From NCBI RefSeq assembly GCF_006345805.1, contig NC_042998.1, positions 170,748,001 through 170,812,000 on the forward strand: a stretch of DNA of 64,000 nucleotides, given 5' to 3'. Positions 12,988 through 25,989 of this stretch are shown here, in pieces; positions within the stretch are counted from its first letter, which is position 1, and each line of letters opens with the position of its first letter. Made by a program: the position numbers and the translations under genes. This stretch comes from Octopus sinensis (Eukaryota). A model generated the notes under the pieces. It was given only the letters and a program-made list of their open reading frames with translations, searched no databases and was not told where the DNA came from.

Positions 12988-13040
12988 GATATCTATAAGC
13001 ATGTAAACATATAGTATACATTGAAAATTAATGACATGAC

Positions 13041-13245
13041 CTGTTTTAGGAATCAAGAGAACTTTTGATACAGGATCTCCGTCATATGTTCCATGTTCTA
13101 AGCAGATAATATGTGTCAGACATGATCGAGCATTTAAACATCCTCGTGTACCAGAGGTGCACATTTTATGAAAATCTGTAATAAAACTGTTTTTGCCAAT
13201 GCTGATATCAACATACTGTTGTTTGATATTTACATGCCCTCGAAC
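13041..13245 (-). CDS. RPUSD1: RPUSD1-like coding exon 3 (VRGHVN...SKVLLIPKTG)
   Basis: Acceptor ttctttttcag|GTT, 205 nt, donor ACA G|gtcatg. The phase 1 junction rebuilds the conserved P.TGRTHQLRVH motif with the next exon. Confidence 0.92.
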
Positions 13246-14679
13246 CTGAAAAAGAAAGAAGAAAAAAAAGTACAAATTTAACACATTCAAATATTTATAG
13301 ATTTATCCAACCCTTGCTATGATGTAAAAAAAAAAAAAAGACTGATAAAATGTTTTTATTTAATTAATATAACATACTTCTGTTACTAATCATTATTTGG
13401 TAAGTGCCTTAAACAAAGAAATAAGATCCTGCAAAATAAATCCAAAACTAAACTTCAATTCCCAGCTACAGCTATTAAGACTCTTAACATGAAAAGTTAT
13501 ATTTTATCTCTTCTTCTTCTGCTTCAAGCTTAGCTGAACACAAAGTCATGTATCCTACAGTGAACTTGAATTTGAGGTCTATGATTGGTAACCAAATATC
13601 AATTCATTTTTTTCATCTCTAATCATCATACGAATTGGTAATTATAGTGGAGAAACAGGCTGACTGCTTTAGAGCATTTAGTTTGGTATCTTTGTTGAAC
13701 TGAATTCTATCAAGGCCAACTTTGCCTTATATTTTTTCTGGATTAATACAATAAAGCCTGATAAGATACTGAGAATGGATAAGTTAATAGAACATAGATG
13801 ACAAACTGTGATGAGGAGTAGAAAGCTGATATTCCATTATTGGTGGATGTGATGTGGGACGCTTTTGCCTTAATGACCTAGTCTACCTGGCTGCAAACAG
13901 GTACCACCAAGTGGTATGATTCTTTACTATAAGCAGTAGTAACAATTGTAAAACTAATTAGTAATGTGCTGGCTTATAGTACCAAGTTCAATTCCACTAA
14001 CATGATAAGTTACCTGTGATAAATTGGCATTCTATCCAAGGGGCAATGCTTCTGTCACCAGCTCATCTCCACAGAAACTGGAGATATATGCACCAGTCCA
14101 GTGAATTGTAGTGGTCTGTGAAGGGAAATAATAAAATGGCAGCAATGAATTACTCACCTGTACTCCTTCTCCTCAGATAATTAACATTGTACTTGACAAA
14201 TAAGTTTAATAGAAAACAACAAAGTCAAAATCGGGTTAGCATTATACTTGAGTGCAAAAGTAAGAGGCAAAACTCTATTACTGGTTTTTAGGTACAGAAA
14301 GGAGAGGGTCAACATCATAATTAACTTTTATAATAGACATTTTATCATTTAATGCTGCTACAGTTTTATTTTCTACACTAGAGTGTTTTGGATGGGTCTT
14401 CAAATTCTTATGATTGTTTCAAGCAAGTATCCTACAGCTTGATGTATTAGGAACCTTAGTTGGCTAAGTCCATATCTCGTTATTGATACTGTGACCCAGG
14501 CAAAGAGACTTAACTCTCAATGCCCCTGTCGTCCATATAACCGCAAACAGGTCATGATCAGGCTACTCAACACTGTAGGTATTAACATTAGAGCATTATA
14601 TAACCAACATGTTCTTTGATAGCTTGCATTACTAGTCCATATAGTTAACTACAAATATGTTTTATAAGATGTTCATACA

Positions 14680-15418
14680 AGTGTGCATACACGACAGCGT
14701 GTAAGTACCTTGAGAGAAAAGTTGGACCTAAGCAGCATCAGTTGTGGTGTGCAAGAGAGACGTTTGTGCTGGTATGGTCATGTGGCGAGAATGGATGAAG
14801 ATAGTTGTGTGAAAAGGTGCCACACCCTAGCGGTTGAGGGAACCTGTGGAAGAGGTAGACCCAGGAAAACTTGGGATGAGGTGAAGCATGACCTTCAAAT
14901 TTTAGGTCTCACCGAGGAAATGACTAGAGACCGAGACCTTTGGAAGTATGCTGTGCGTGAGAAGACCCGGCAGGACAAGTGAGGCCATAACCCGTGGCCT
15001 CAGTCCACTTATGCATACCTTTCCTTCTTGGGACACAAAACTCTACTTGTGAAGACCTGTTGAGGCAAGAAGAAAAACAAAATCAACATCAATGGAAATC
15101 GTAGCTGTGATACCAGTGCCGGTGGCACATAAGAGAACCATCCGAACATGGCCGTTGCCAGCGCCACTCCGACTGCCTCCGTGCCAGTGGCACATAAAAA
15201 GCACCATCCGATCGTGGCCATTGCCAGCCTCGCCTGGCACGTAAAAAGCATCCACTACACTCATGGAGTGGTTGGCGTTAGGAAGGACATCCAGCCGTAG
15301 AAACATTGCCAGATCAGACTGGGCCTGGTGCAGCCTTCTAGCTTCACAGACCCCAGTTGAACCGTCCAACCCATGCCAGCATGGAAAGCAGACGCTAAAT
15401 GATGATGATGATGATGAT
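14680..15418 (+). mobile_element. RTE 3' end (ORF terminus, 3' UTR, (GAT)n tail)
   Basis: ERRLCWYGHVARM and GRGRPRKTW motifs followed by the shared 3' UTR. Confidence 0.88.
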
Positions 15419-16250
15419 AAAGATGGTACCATTAAACACTGAGGGCAATACAAACACCATATAACCAATGAGTTTTTATTAATTTGCACTGCTAATTTGA
15501 TACCCCACCCATAAGCAAAAACCTATAGAAAAATTTGTCATTGTGAGATATGTTAAGCTCCAAGCACTCTTATGTACTACGTGTCTCTCAGAGGTAAATA
15601 ATGTACAGGAAAGTCAGAAGTGAAAGTTTCTGTGTATATTACAGCCATTTACAAATTTGAGGATAAGATTATTTTTGCTATAGCCCTCCTAACATTAGGC
15701 TAAAAATGTCAGGGTGGAGAAAAGGATAGTAACTCTCATCGGCCTACTAAAACATCTCAGTTTACTTCACATAGCTTTTGTCAACCAATGGATCTGAAGG
15801 ATATAACAGATTTACTGTAAAGAAGAATCTTGGATCAACCATATTTCTGACATATGTAGCACATCACTATTATCAATGTTTTAGATTTGCTTTCTATGCT
15901 GGCATGGGTTAAAAGGTTTGTCAAAGTTCATGTCAGTTCTTTATTCAGAATTAGTGCAACATAAACAGTAACTGATAACATCTACAAAAATTATCTTTTC
16001 TCTTGTACACATACACACACATGCACAAAACCAGAAGCTCTGCAGACATGAGAAATGCAGTTCTATTATCAAGTGGGAGCAGGCAAACAGGACATGGTTG
16101 CAACTCCGAAAGGTTGGAGGTATAGAAATGAGAAGTGAGTTTAGGTTTCAATCCTTTCAAGTTATTATACAAACCATTAGAACAACATTAAATAAATCTA
16201 TTTTATTTATTTGCCAGATACACAAAGGAGTGAACCTGAAGTGTATTTAC

Positions 16251-16374
16251 CAAGGCCAGATAGTGTTTGATGACTTCACGTCGAAGAAATGCCATTTGCA
16301 TTTTCTTTGCTGCTTTCTTGTTGAGAGCCAAACATAATGCACCACTTGTTGCATAATCCAAACGATGTGTGAAC
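16251..16374 (-). CDS. RPUSD1: RPUSD1-like coding exon 2, catalytic motif (FTHRLDYATSGALCLALNKKAAKKMQMAFLRREVIKHYLAL)
   Basis: Read by hand; not in the ORF track. Acceptor ttttttaaag|G, donor TTG|gtaaat, 124 nt, phases 2 to 0 fit both neighbours. Contains the RluA catalytic HRLD..TSG motif. Confidence 0.95.
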
Positions 16375-16629
16375 CTTTAAAAAATAAAATACAAAAGATC
16401 ATCATATATGTGTATATTTGTGTGAGTGCGTATGTATGTATTCATATGTATCTGTGTACACACACACAAACCCACATTTAGGGAGAGAGAAAAGTTGATT
16501 AAACATACTTTGAGAAGACCAAAATCTCTTTTGAAACACAAAAACCAAGTTAGAGTTTTATGTTGGAGGAACTAAGCAAAAAATATACCTTTCCCAATGA
16601 AGAGCTGGCCAAATGAGTTATTAGACTTA

Positions 16630-17930
16630 ATGAAGCTACCAAATCAGACTGGAGTCTGGTGCAGCCTTCCACCTTGCCAGGTCTGGTCAAACTGTCCAAC
16701 CCATGCCAGCATGGACAATGGACGTTAAATGATGATGATGATGATGATGAATGATGATTAACATTAGAGACCAATGGTAAGTGTGATGATAAGTGCACAT
16801 CTCTTCAGTTAAGGGCTACCTTTTACAGATATATCTTCCATCAAAGAAAACATGTACATGAATAGCTTATGAAAGCCGTGCAAGCCATGTACAGCAAGGT
16901 AATCATCAATATGAGAGTTAACAATGATTTCAGAGAGGAATTTAGCATGCAGACAGACATCCATTAGAGCATGGCTTCCAACCCACTCTTGTTTACAATG
17001 GTTCTCCAGGCCATAAAAATGGGTTTCAAAACCAGCTGTCCATTGGAACTTTTGTATGTTGATAACCTACTTTTCATAGGAAAATCTGTCAAAGAATTAA
17101 AGAAATCCCAAATATGAAAACAAAGCATTGAATTCAGAGGAGGCTTTACAGTAAACCAGAGATAAAAGTTATAATTGGTAAGCAAGATAAGACTCTAGTG
17201 CCATCTGGGAAGTGGCCCCTACTCAATAAGCAGAAAAAGGTAGGATTCCCTTGTGTCCAGAGTACACAAGAGAATTTTGTATATAGCAGATGTGCAAAGA
17301 TATGCAAATCCGCAAACAATTTTTTAAAAATATTAAGAGGGCTCTCTAGAAGTAGTTGATAGCTTCTGTTAATTTATTAGTGGTGGAAGAGAGTGTTCCA
17401 AAGGCATAGTAGCCAGAGCAAGAATAGGTTCAGAAAAGTTCAGGGAGCTATTCCCTCTACTGGCAACAAAGAGATTCTTTCTCCGAGTGACGGTAGATAG
17501 TATGATGCTTGTGGCAGTTTGACATAAGCACTGAAATTGGAGGATGTGCAAAGGTTAAGAAAAAGATAAGGCAAGCATGTTTTGCTAGAGTGTGTGATGT
17601 CATGTATATGACTGATGTAGCATAAATTAGCTGAAAGAAAAACTAGATATAAGAGGAATGAAATCTAGTGTGCAAGAGAAAAGACTTCATTGGTAACATG
17701 CAATGAGTATAATAGTTGAATAAAGAAATGCAAGTGACCCAAGTGGAAGAAGTGCAGAAGAAGAGAACCAAGGAGTATATGGTAATAAGAGATGAAAGCT
17801 GATCCCAGGAGGCTGAACCTTGCAAAGGAATGACAAATAGCAGCAACAAATGGTTAGATGTTGTGCTTGAGAAGACCTGTTTAACCAATACAAGCATGGA
17901 AAAGTATATGTAAAATTTTGATGATGATAA
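16630..17930 (+). mobile_element. Decayed RTE RT fragment with adjacent RTE tail
   Basis: Degenerate matches to LLY.D.L, KFRELFPLL and the (GAT)n-type tail; many stops. Confidence 0.65.
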
Positions 17931-19704
17931 CATATGTGTATATGTGTGTGCATGTATGTTGATATATACATATATGTATGTTTGTGTTTGTTCATTTGTT
18001 TTTACATGTTTTTTTTTCCATGGGTTACATAAATATATTACTGAGGTACTGTTTTACTGCTAAATGCCCTTCCTGCCACTAACCCATACTTGTTTTTTAA
18101 GGGAACTGTTATCCTACACATCTTCAAAGATGCAAAGCTAGCAGATGATTTTTCAACCACTTGGTTGGAATGTACTGTGTGCCATGTATAGTTTGATAGA
18201 GTTTTTGAGATGAATTAGAAAATACCAAGATATTTAGAAAACTCAAGTGTTTTGAATGCATTGCACTGGTCCATAGGTTTTCCTTTAATGCAAAAGCAAA
18301 TCCTTGGTTTTTATATAAGATAATGTTATGCTTATTTAGCACCTTATTCAGTATGCTATGGATGAAAAAGCTTGAAAGATAGCAACCCTATGGGCTCAGC
18401 TAGATACAATGAAGAGTAGCAAGCTACAGGCATTATTTGAGAGTGAGTTTGACTTTGTAGTATGTACCATCATCATCATTTTTACACCTGCTTTTCTACT
18501 TTGCATGGATTGTATGGGTTTTTACTATCATCTCTTTCTGAGGTTGACTATCCAAAGATTTTTCTGCCTATGTCTTCCTTGGTCTTTCTCTTCCACAGTT
18601 TCTTTCCACTTGAATTTCCTGACACCTCTTTATCCATCTGCTATCACCCATACATATGTCCATACCAATGCAGTCTTCTCTCCTGCACGCAACATCTAAA
18701 TTCTCTTATACCCAATTTATCTCTCAGTCCATTCACATGCACAAACATTACACATCCAGCAGAGCATGCTTGCTTTACATACCCTCTGCATTCAACACCC
18801 AGTGAAACATCCAGAATGTAACGAGAGAGAGAGAAGGGGAGAGAGGGGGGAGAGGGAGAAAGAGAGAGAGAGCTGAACCAGCATTTGGTTGTTACTCATT
18901 TTTAGCTGAGTTGATTGGAGCAACATAAAGTGAAGTGCCTTGCTCAAGGACACAATAAGCAACCTAGTTGAAGAATTAAACTTAATGATATAATGATTGT
19001 GAGCTCAGTATCCTAATCTCTGGTCACAGGCCTTCATAAGAAACTAACATCACGACGACGACAACGACTGCGGCTGCCACTGCCACCACTTTAATGTCCA
19101 CTTTCTATGCTTGCATGGGTCAGACAGAGTCTATTGAGGTAGATTTTTTTATGGCCGGATCCCCTTCCTATCACCAGCCTTCACCTGTTTCCAAGCAAGG
19201 AAATATTTATTCGTAACCAGACATGTTCTTGCAGAATATTTGAAATGAATTATACTACTTGTTTGACAGTGACAAGCATTTTACAACACTGTCAAAACAA
19301 TGAGACACAAATATACACACACTCGCATATATATATGATGGGTTTCTTTCAGTTTCCATCTACCAAATCCACATACAATGTCTTCAATCTATAACATCAC
19401 AATATTGGTCACTGTGCAACATCTTCAATAATAATAATGATGATGATGATGATAATGATGATGATGATGATGATGATAATAACAATAATGGTTTCAAATT
19501 TTGCCACAGGGGCAGCAATTTTGGTGGAGGGGATAAGTCGATTACATCAACCCCAATCTCCAACTGATACTTATTTTATCGACCCCAGAAAAATGAAAGG
19601 CAAAGTTGACCATGGCCGAATTTGAACTCAGAAAGGAGTAACAAGCAAAACACCACTAAGCATTTCATCCAGTGTGCTAACGATTCTGCCAGCTTGCTAC
19701 TGCA

Positions 19705-19768
19705 CAACAACAACAACAACAGCAGCAGCAGCAGCAGCAGCAACAACAACAACAACAACAGCAACAGC

Positions 19769-19802
<34 letters not shown>

Positions 19803-19810
19803 GCAACAGC

Positions 19811-19845
<35 letters not shown>

Positions 19846-19952
19846 CTCTTTCTACTATAGCCACAAGGCCTGAAATTTTGATGAGGAGGAAAGTCGATTA
19901 CATTGACCCTAGTGTTTCACTGGTACTTAATTTATCAACCCTGAAAGGATGA

Positions 19953-20006
<54 letters not shown>
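19705..20006. repeat. (CAA/CAG)n tract 19705-19846 and (AAT)n tract 19953-20006
   Basis: Read directly; source of the poly-L/N/T ORFs in the track. Confidence 0.95.
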
Positions 20007-21409
20007 TGAATAAAAAAGAAAGAACATATACATGTTCTTTCTTTTTCAACATAGCATGCCCCACTGACAACAGGATCCATGTGAAAGAAGAAAAAATAAA
20101 CAACTATGACAATTTAAAGTGAGAAATGTGAAGGTTGTAGTCAATGAAGAGAGTAGACGTGATACCAATAGTAATTGGTGTACTTGGAAGTATCAGCACT
20201 TAACTACCAACATGGCTGAAAGAGATCGGTGCAAGTGAGAAGGTAGAACACCAACAAAAATCAGCATTGCTTGGAACTGCAAGAATTCTTTGCAAGGTCC
20301 TTGAAGCATGACCAGTAAACAAGTGTCACCTTAGTCTGCTGGCTGTGGACAGCTGACACTTTCCATCATACCCAGCAAAATAAGCTGTGAGTTTTCATAT
20401 AATAATAATAATGGTTTCAAACTCTGGCACAAGGCCAGCAATGCAGAGGAAGGGGGTAAGTCAATTACATAGGCCCCAGAACTCAACTGGTACTTATTTT
20501 ATTGACTCTGAAAGGATGAAAGGCAAAGTCAATCCCAGCAGCATTTGAACCTAGAACATAAAGACAAAACAAAATATCACTAAGCACTTTGTCTAATGTG
20601 CTAATGATTCTTCCAGTTTGCCATCTTAGTAATAATAATGATTTGTAGCTAGTAAATGGTCTTTGAATAACAAGCTAATTAACTTTACCCCAATCAAATA
20701 GATGTATGAAGCAGTGCTGCGCATTTGAATCTCACTCAGGATGAAGTGGTAACTTCAATTGTAATCTGGTTCTTATTATTCCCCATAATATTCAAAATGA
20801 AATATATTACAACCCAAACAAGGGATTTCTATGTGGTCACCTGACCTGCTAGAAAAACTTACAAATCTTCCTAAGAAACACCCTACTATTTTATAAAAAC
20901 AAAAGGCACATTGGACAATGTACTCTTAGATATACTAACAGGCAAAATGATCATAGTTGGAATGTCTTTGATCACGGATTTGTTGATTAGAGCTGACATA
21001 GGGCTAAAAAAAAACAGCAGCAACATCAGAAGCATATATGATAAAGAATTCTGTCCAGATAGCACAACAAACAAGGGTTGTAGTGGTTATGAACTTGCAA
21101 TTTATGAATTGATGCAAGTTACTTGGTGACCTCACTGGTGTTGATGCCATTTGTAAAAAGCACCCAGTACACTCTGTAACATGGCTGGTGTTAAGAAGAG
21201 CATCCAGTCATAGAAACCATACCAAAAAGACATTGTAACTTGGTGTAGTTCCCTGACTTGCCAGCTTCTGTTGATCCATCCAACCCATGCCAGCATCAAA
21301 ACTGATGTTAAATAATGGTGAAGATAAAGATGATAGAATTGCCTTAGACAGATGAAATAAAATGAAACAATAGTTAAAACAAACAATGAAACAAATTAGA
21401 ATAAGTTAC

Positions 21410-21633
21410 CTGAAACTATGTGACACCTTTTCATCCCGTAACTCTGGGTAATCTCGGCAAAGCAAGGTCTCAACAGTAACTCCATCATCAGGTTTATTTG
21501 TGTTTATTTTCATGTCAAAGTGTTTGTCCACAACAATGTAGTTGTCACTCTTGTACAAAATCTTACATTGCATCTGTGATTGGGTAACGTCATCATTGCT
21601 GTGACTTTCTTCATCTTTTGCAGTATCTCCCAT
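21410..21633 (-). CDS. RPUSD1: RluA-family RNA pseudouridine synthase (RPUSD1-like), coding exon 1 (MGDTAK...YIVVDKHFDMKIN...HSFR)
   Basis: ATG at 21633-21631 lies 1 nt after a pyrimidine-rich acceptor (ttttaaaag|aATG). The exon ends TTC AG|gtaact. It is 224 nt, phase 2, and joins in frame to 16374. The YIVVDK..D...N motif is typical of the RluA N-terminus. Confidence 0.92.
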
Positions 21634-22771
21634 TCTTTTAAAAGAAAGTAAAGAAAATTTCCAGATGTAATCAAGGACATGTAGTGTGTCAATGGATAGT
21701 GCTCTTAATTTAGCAGTGAAACACAAATACTGTGAAGGTAAGTCGATCTTTTACTAATCATATGACATTTCAAAATCATAGCCTTTGTTTTGCACCTGAA
21801 TAAGGGTCTTGGCTTTGCTTGAATCAGCTTATGTTACTAACAACAAGAAAGGGCATATTGGATAACATGGTCTGGGGCATGCTATACACAACAAAGAAAA
21901 AAGACAGGATGATCAAGGTTGACTGCTTTTCATCATAGGCTTGCTTCATCAAGGAAATTTATCCATTTCATTACCATCACCATTTAATGTTTGTTTTCTG
22001 TGTTAGTATGGATTGGAGGGTTCAGCAGGAACTAATAAGCCAGAGAACAGCACTATGCTCCAATGTCTGCCTTGCCATGATTTCTACTACTGGATGCCTT
22101 TTGTAATGCCAACCACTTTAGAGTGTACTAGGTGCTTTTTAAGTGGCACTGACTCCAATAAAGTCACCAAGTAACTTGTAAGACAAGATCTCTCAATTGA
22201 GGGGTGAAATAGAATTGAGAGAGATAGCTTTATATCAGGAATCAATGGTAGAGGGACAGGAAATATATGGTTATATAGAATATATAAACCAACTTCAACA
22301 TGACTGCTTGATCTGCTAAAAAAAGTAACCAAACTTCCCTCAAATCAAACCATTTTAACAAAAAGATTACAAAGAATAGGATAATCTTGTTCTGGACACA
22401 TATCACCTTAAAGAAAACAATAAATAATAAAAGAATGGGCTGAATGTATCTGACTACAAGTCTGCTTCAATTTCATATGAATTCTTGCCAAATATGAATC
22501 CCTAATTTTTCAAACTTCATAATATTATTGTTGTGAGCACTACCACATTTCTGAAAACTGGGTCATTAAGTTTCCTTGTAATAACAATAATTATTTCCAG
22601 TTCTCATAGGGTAAAAATAGACAGAATTTGAAGACACATGAGAGAGGGGTACCTATTGTTGTAACAATCATATTTGACAAAGCAATTTCTCACTGACATT
22701 ACACTTTTGGTTTAAGAGGACTACCTTGGGTTAATGCAAATGCCCTTGTCGTAAAACAGAATTAAAATATA

Positions 22772-23272
22772 GGCAGAATTCTGGTTTAAGCAACCCATAT
22801 AACCGCTCATAATTGTTCTTATATTTTCTGATATTTTCAGAAAATTTTTGCAAATTTATGTTCTACACACAAGAATTTATATGATTACGAAAAAAAATTT
22901 TTTTCACTTTTTGAAATCCACCCAATCCTAAAATTTCTACTCTTAAAACTTTTTTTTTAAATCAGAGTTTAAAATATGGACATTCAACATTTTTTTCTTA
23001 AATCCCAGCAATGGAGCACCCTTGGGTGCATCATCATTACATTAAATGTGTTTATGGGGATAAAAATATTGGGAGGGTAACAAAAAAACAAAGAACGTAT
23101 CAGGTGGTTGTGAGATGTGCTAAAAATAACAGCTAAATCACCCTTAAATTACACAAAAAGTTTTTTTTTTCATAATTTTTGAACGTAGGAAGTTGTAAAA
23201 ATTTTTTTTAATTTCCAAAAGATAAAAAAGTTATGAGGGGTTATTATAAAGTACTTAAACCACAATTCTGCC
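22772..23272. mobile_element. MITE-like element
   Basis: 19-bp inverted termini GGCAGAATTCTGGTTTAAG / CTTAAACCACAATTCTGCC (1 mismatch); no TSD seen. Confidence 0.55.
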
Positions 23273-23744
23273 AAAACATAGTTGCACATACTAATTAGTG
23301 CTGAGTGTAAACACTGTCACAGATTTTTTTTTCTTCTCATACACTAGGTTATATTATCACATTTAATGGCTAGATGAGACAAAAGTTGATTATCACTCAT
23401 TCAAAATATCTTCTTTGTAATCTGACAGAAAAATTTTTTTTTTAATTCTTTGCCTTAACTATAGTTAAATTAAAGAAATGAAAGTTTGAAATGAATTAAT
23501 AAATATGTTTGTTACAAATAATCTAAAAGACCCAGTTACCAGTGACATACGAAAAACTATTAAAAAATAATAATACAACAGAGCAGTTGTATACTGTCAA
23601 CTTAACATGACAGTCCCATAAAGGGAATCACACAATCACTATTTAGTCCTAGGAAGCATCAATGTTTCCTGTTGGCCTTGACACATTTCCTGTGTCCTTA
23701 TGTTTACAAAGGGGAGACAAGTACCCCCTCCAGCTAAGCCTGCA

Positions 23745-23786
23745 TCCAGAAACTAGTTTTTGAGTCTTGCTCGTCATCAGTCTGGA
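23745..23786 (-). ncRNA. Minimal type-I hammerhead motif, damaged copy (GAAA>AAAA)
   Basis: Minus strand reads UCCAGA-CUGAUGA-CGAGCAAGACUCA-AAAA-CUAG-UU^UCUGGA. It is a paralog of 24097-24138 offset by 352 nt. Confidence 0.72.
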
Positions 23787-24096
23787 GTAGCATGGCTTGC
23801 TAGCAGCAGATGGTTGTCTAAACCTTGTAAACATATATAATAATTCCAGTGAAATAAATCCACTGATCACAAAAAATAGAACTATTACATTTCTAAATAT
23901 CTCAGAGAGATATAAGCAGTGGTGGCATGATAGAGCAGTTGTATACTGTCAACTTAACGTGACAGTCCCATAAAGAGAATCACATCACCGCTATTTAGCC
24001 CTAGGAAGCATCAACACTTCCTGTCGGTTTTGACACATTTCCTGTGTCCTTATCTTTACAAGGGGGAGACAAGCACCCCCTCCAGCTAAGCCTGCA

Positions 24097-24138
24097 TCCA
24101 GAGACTAGTTTCTGAGTCTTGCTCGTCATCAGTCTGGA
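24097..24138 (-). ncRNA. Minimal type-I hammerhead ribozyme motif, core intact
   Basis: Minus strand reads UCCAGA-CUGAUGA-CGAGCAAGACUCA-GAAA-CUAG-UC^UCUGGA. It has a perfect 6-bp helix I, a complete core, a GAG/CUC helix II and a palindromic ACUAGU helix III with a GUC cleavage triplet. Confidence 0.82.
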
Positions 24139-25989
24139 GTAGCAGACAATACTACAACATAAACATTAAGATTTCCTTCAAGTAAAATTTAGTGAATGTA
24201 ATCAAGATGAACCTGTGGTGTAGCACAGATATAATACTTCAAATCTCTTTCTGGATCAAACTCTTTTCATTACAATTAAAGGGAGCTTCTATGTAGCTCC
24301 CTAACCTACTAGAAATAACAGTCAAGTATCTCTTGTAATCACATCTATTGTCTTAAAAATGGAAAAGGCACATCAAATAATGTAGTTCCAGATAACCTTA
24401 TGTTCACAGCTGGAATACTTCTGATCAGAGATCTGATCTGTTCAATCTGGATTTAAGTAACTGGCAAAATGCAACAATTCATTTAATAAAGCTATGTGAA
24501 ACATAAACGAAATGTGCCAGCTAACAATTTCAATCTAAGTTTAATTTTGGAGGATGTTACAAAATTAGTGGAAGAGTGTTGGTCATTACCACTATTACCA
24601 TGTTAGCATAGAAAGTAAACATAAAGCAATAATCAACATCAGCAGTACTGGGTGATTTAACTTTAGCTTTACATGCTAATATAGTTTGGCTGGGTCCTCA
24701 TGGTTTAAGCCTGCACTTATTAGGGGCTGTTCCCCTCCTAGACATCTCAAAGGACAACATCTTACTTGTATGTTTCATTTTTGGTTTGCTTTCTACAGTA
24801 TGCCCTTCTTATTACTTTTTAGAGTGTACTAGGTGCATTTTATCATGGTACCAGCACTAGAAAGGTTGTTCTATCCTCAATAAAATTAAATGGCCCTCTC
24901 ATCTGATCTTGAATATAAAGCCAACAAATTTTCTTTTGGCTTAGAAATTGATTTTGGTTGCTTTCATTTTTATATTTGACATCTTGTAAAGGTTAACCTA
25001 TAGGAGTTTGATTACCCACCATTTAGCATCTCTTAAGCATACTGGGGTTACTGTTTGTATAGAGTAGGCCAGGGAGAACCCTTTTTGTGTCAGGAACAAA
25101 TTGCAAGTTCACAAGAACTTGAGGGTACATCAGTACTGAGAAAAATAAGGGCTTTTAATCTTCAATGTGCTGATTAAATTTTAGCTGATGATGTAACATG
25201 CTAATCATATGAAAAACTTCTCACAACCTATTTCTATTGGCCAGTAAGAATAAAACAAATGTACTACATCATGAGATGCGGAGAATTCTGGAAAATATCT
25301 CAAAAGGAGTCAACCTGATTCCTGTGTCTTAAGTACACATGCACAGAACTGAGTATATTCAGTTCCAAACCCTTATTGGTTACATAGAGATATATTATCA
25401 TCATCATCATTTAACATCTGTTTTCAATGTTGGCATGGGTTAGAGAGTTTGACCAGAGCTTGCAAACAGGGGAGCTGCTGCCATGTAAAAAACACCCGTG
25501 CTGGTGCCATGTAAAAAGCACCCATGCCAGTGCCACATAAAAGTGTCTGTGCTGATGCCATGTAAAAACACCCAGTACACTCTGTACTGTAGTTGATGTT
25601 AGGAAGGGCATCCAGCCATAGAAACCATGACAAAACAGACATAGAGCCTGGGCAGCTCTTCAGCTGGCCAACTCCTATCAAACCATCCATGTTATTATAG
25701 AAAACAGACATTAAATGATCATGATGATGATATACATAGGGTGTGGTGAATATATTGTCGTCTACATTATGCAAAAATGAATATAACACTACTGAAACAG
25801 TTGCAAGACACAAAGAAAAAATTTAAGGAAAATAAAAATAAGAAATGTGGAAATTTTATAGGTGAGTGTGTTAAATTATAAGGCACAAAAAGAAAATGAC
25901 TCTCCCTAGACATAACAGAATATAACACTGACATCTCATTTTAACAGATATGTTTACCAAAATTACATAAAAATATCTTCAAATACTGA

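Larger units (their letters stand above)
23580..24144 (-). mobile_element. Retrozyme-like / Penelope pLTR-like tandem unit: two 213-bp direct repeats (23580-23792, 23932-24144) with a 139-bp spacer
   Basis: The repeats align by eye without net indels and each carries a hammerhead motif and several perfect hairpins. No coding capacity. Confidence 0.7.

Noticed and set aside
19437-20080. Poly-L, poly-N, poly-T and poly-M ORFs
   Set aside because: Translations of CAA/CAG, AAT and GAT microsatellites inside SINEs.
21634-21726. N-terminal extension of RPUSD1 in the ORF track (MCFTAKLR...)
   Set aside because: It reads through a polypyrimidine tract and AG acceptor, so it is intronic. The same applies to the extensions at 13246-13290 and 9136-9166.
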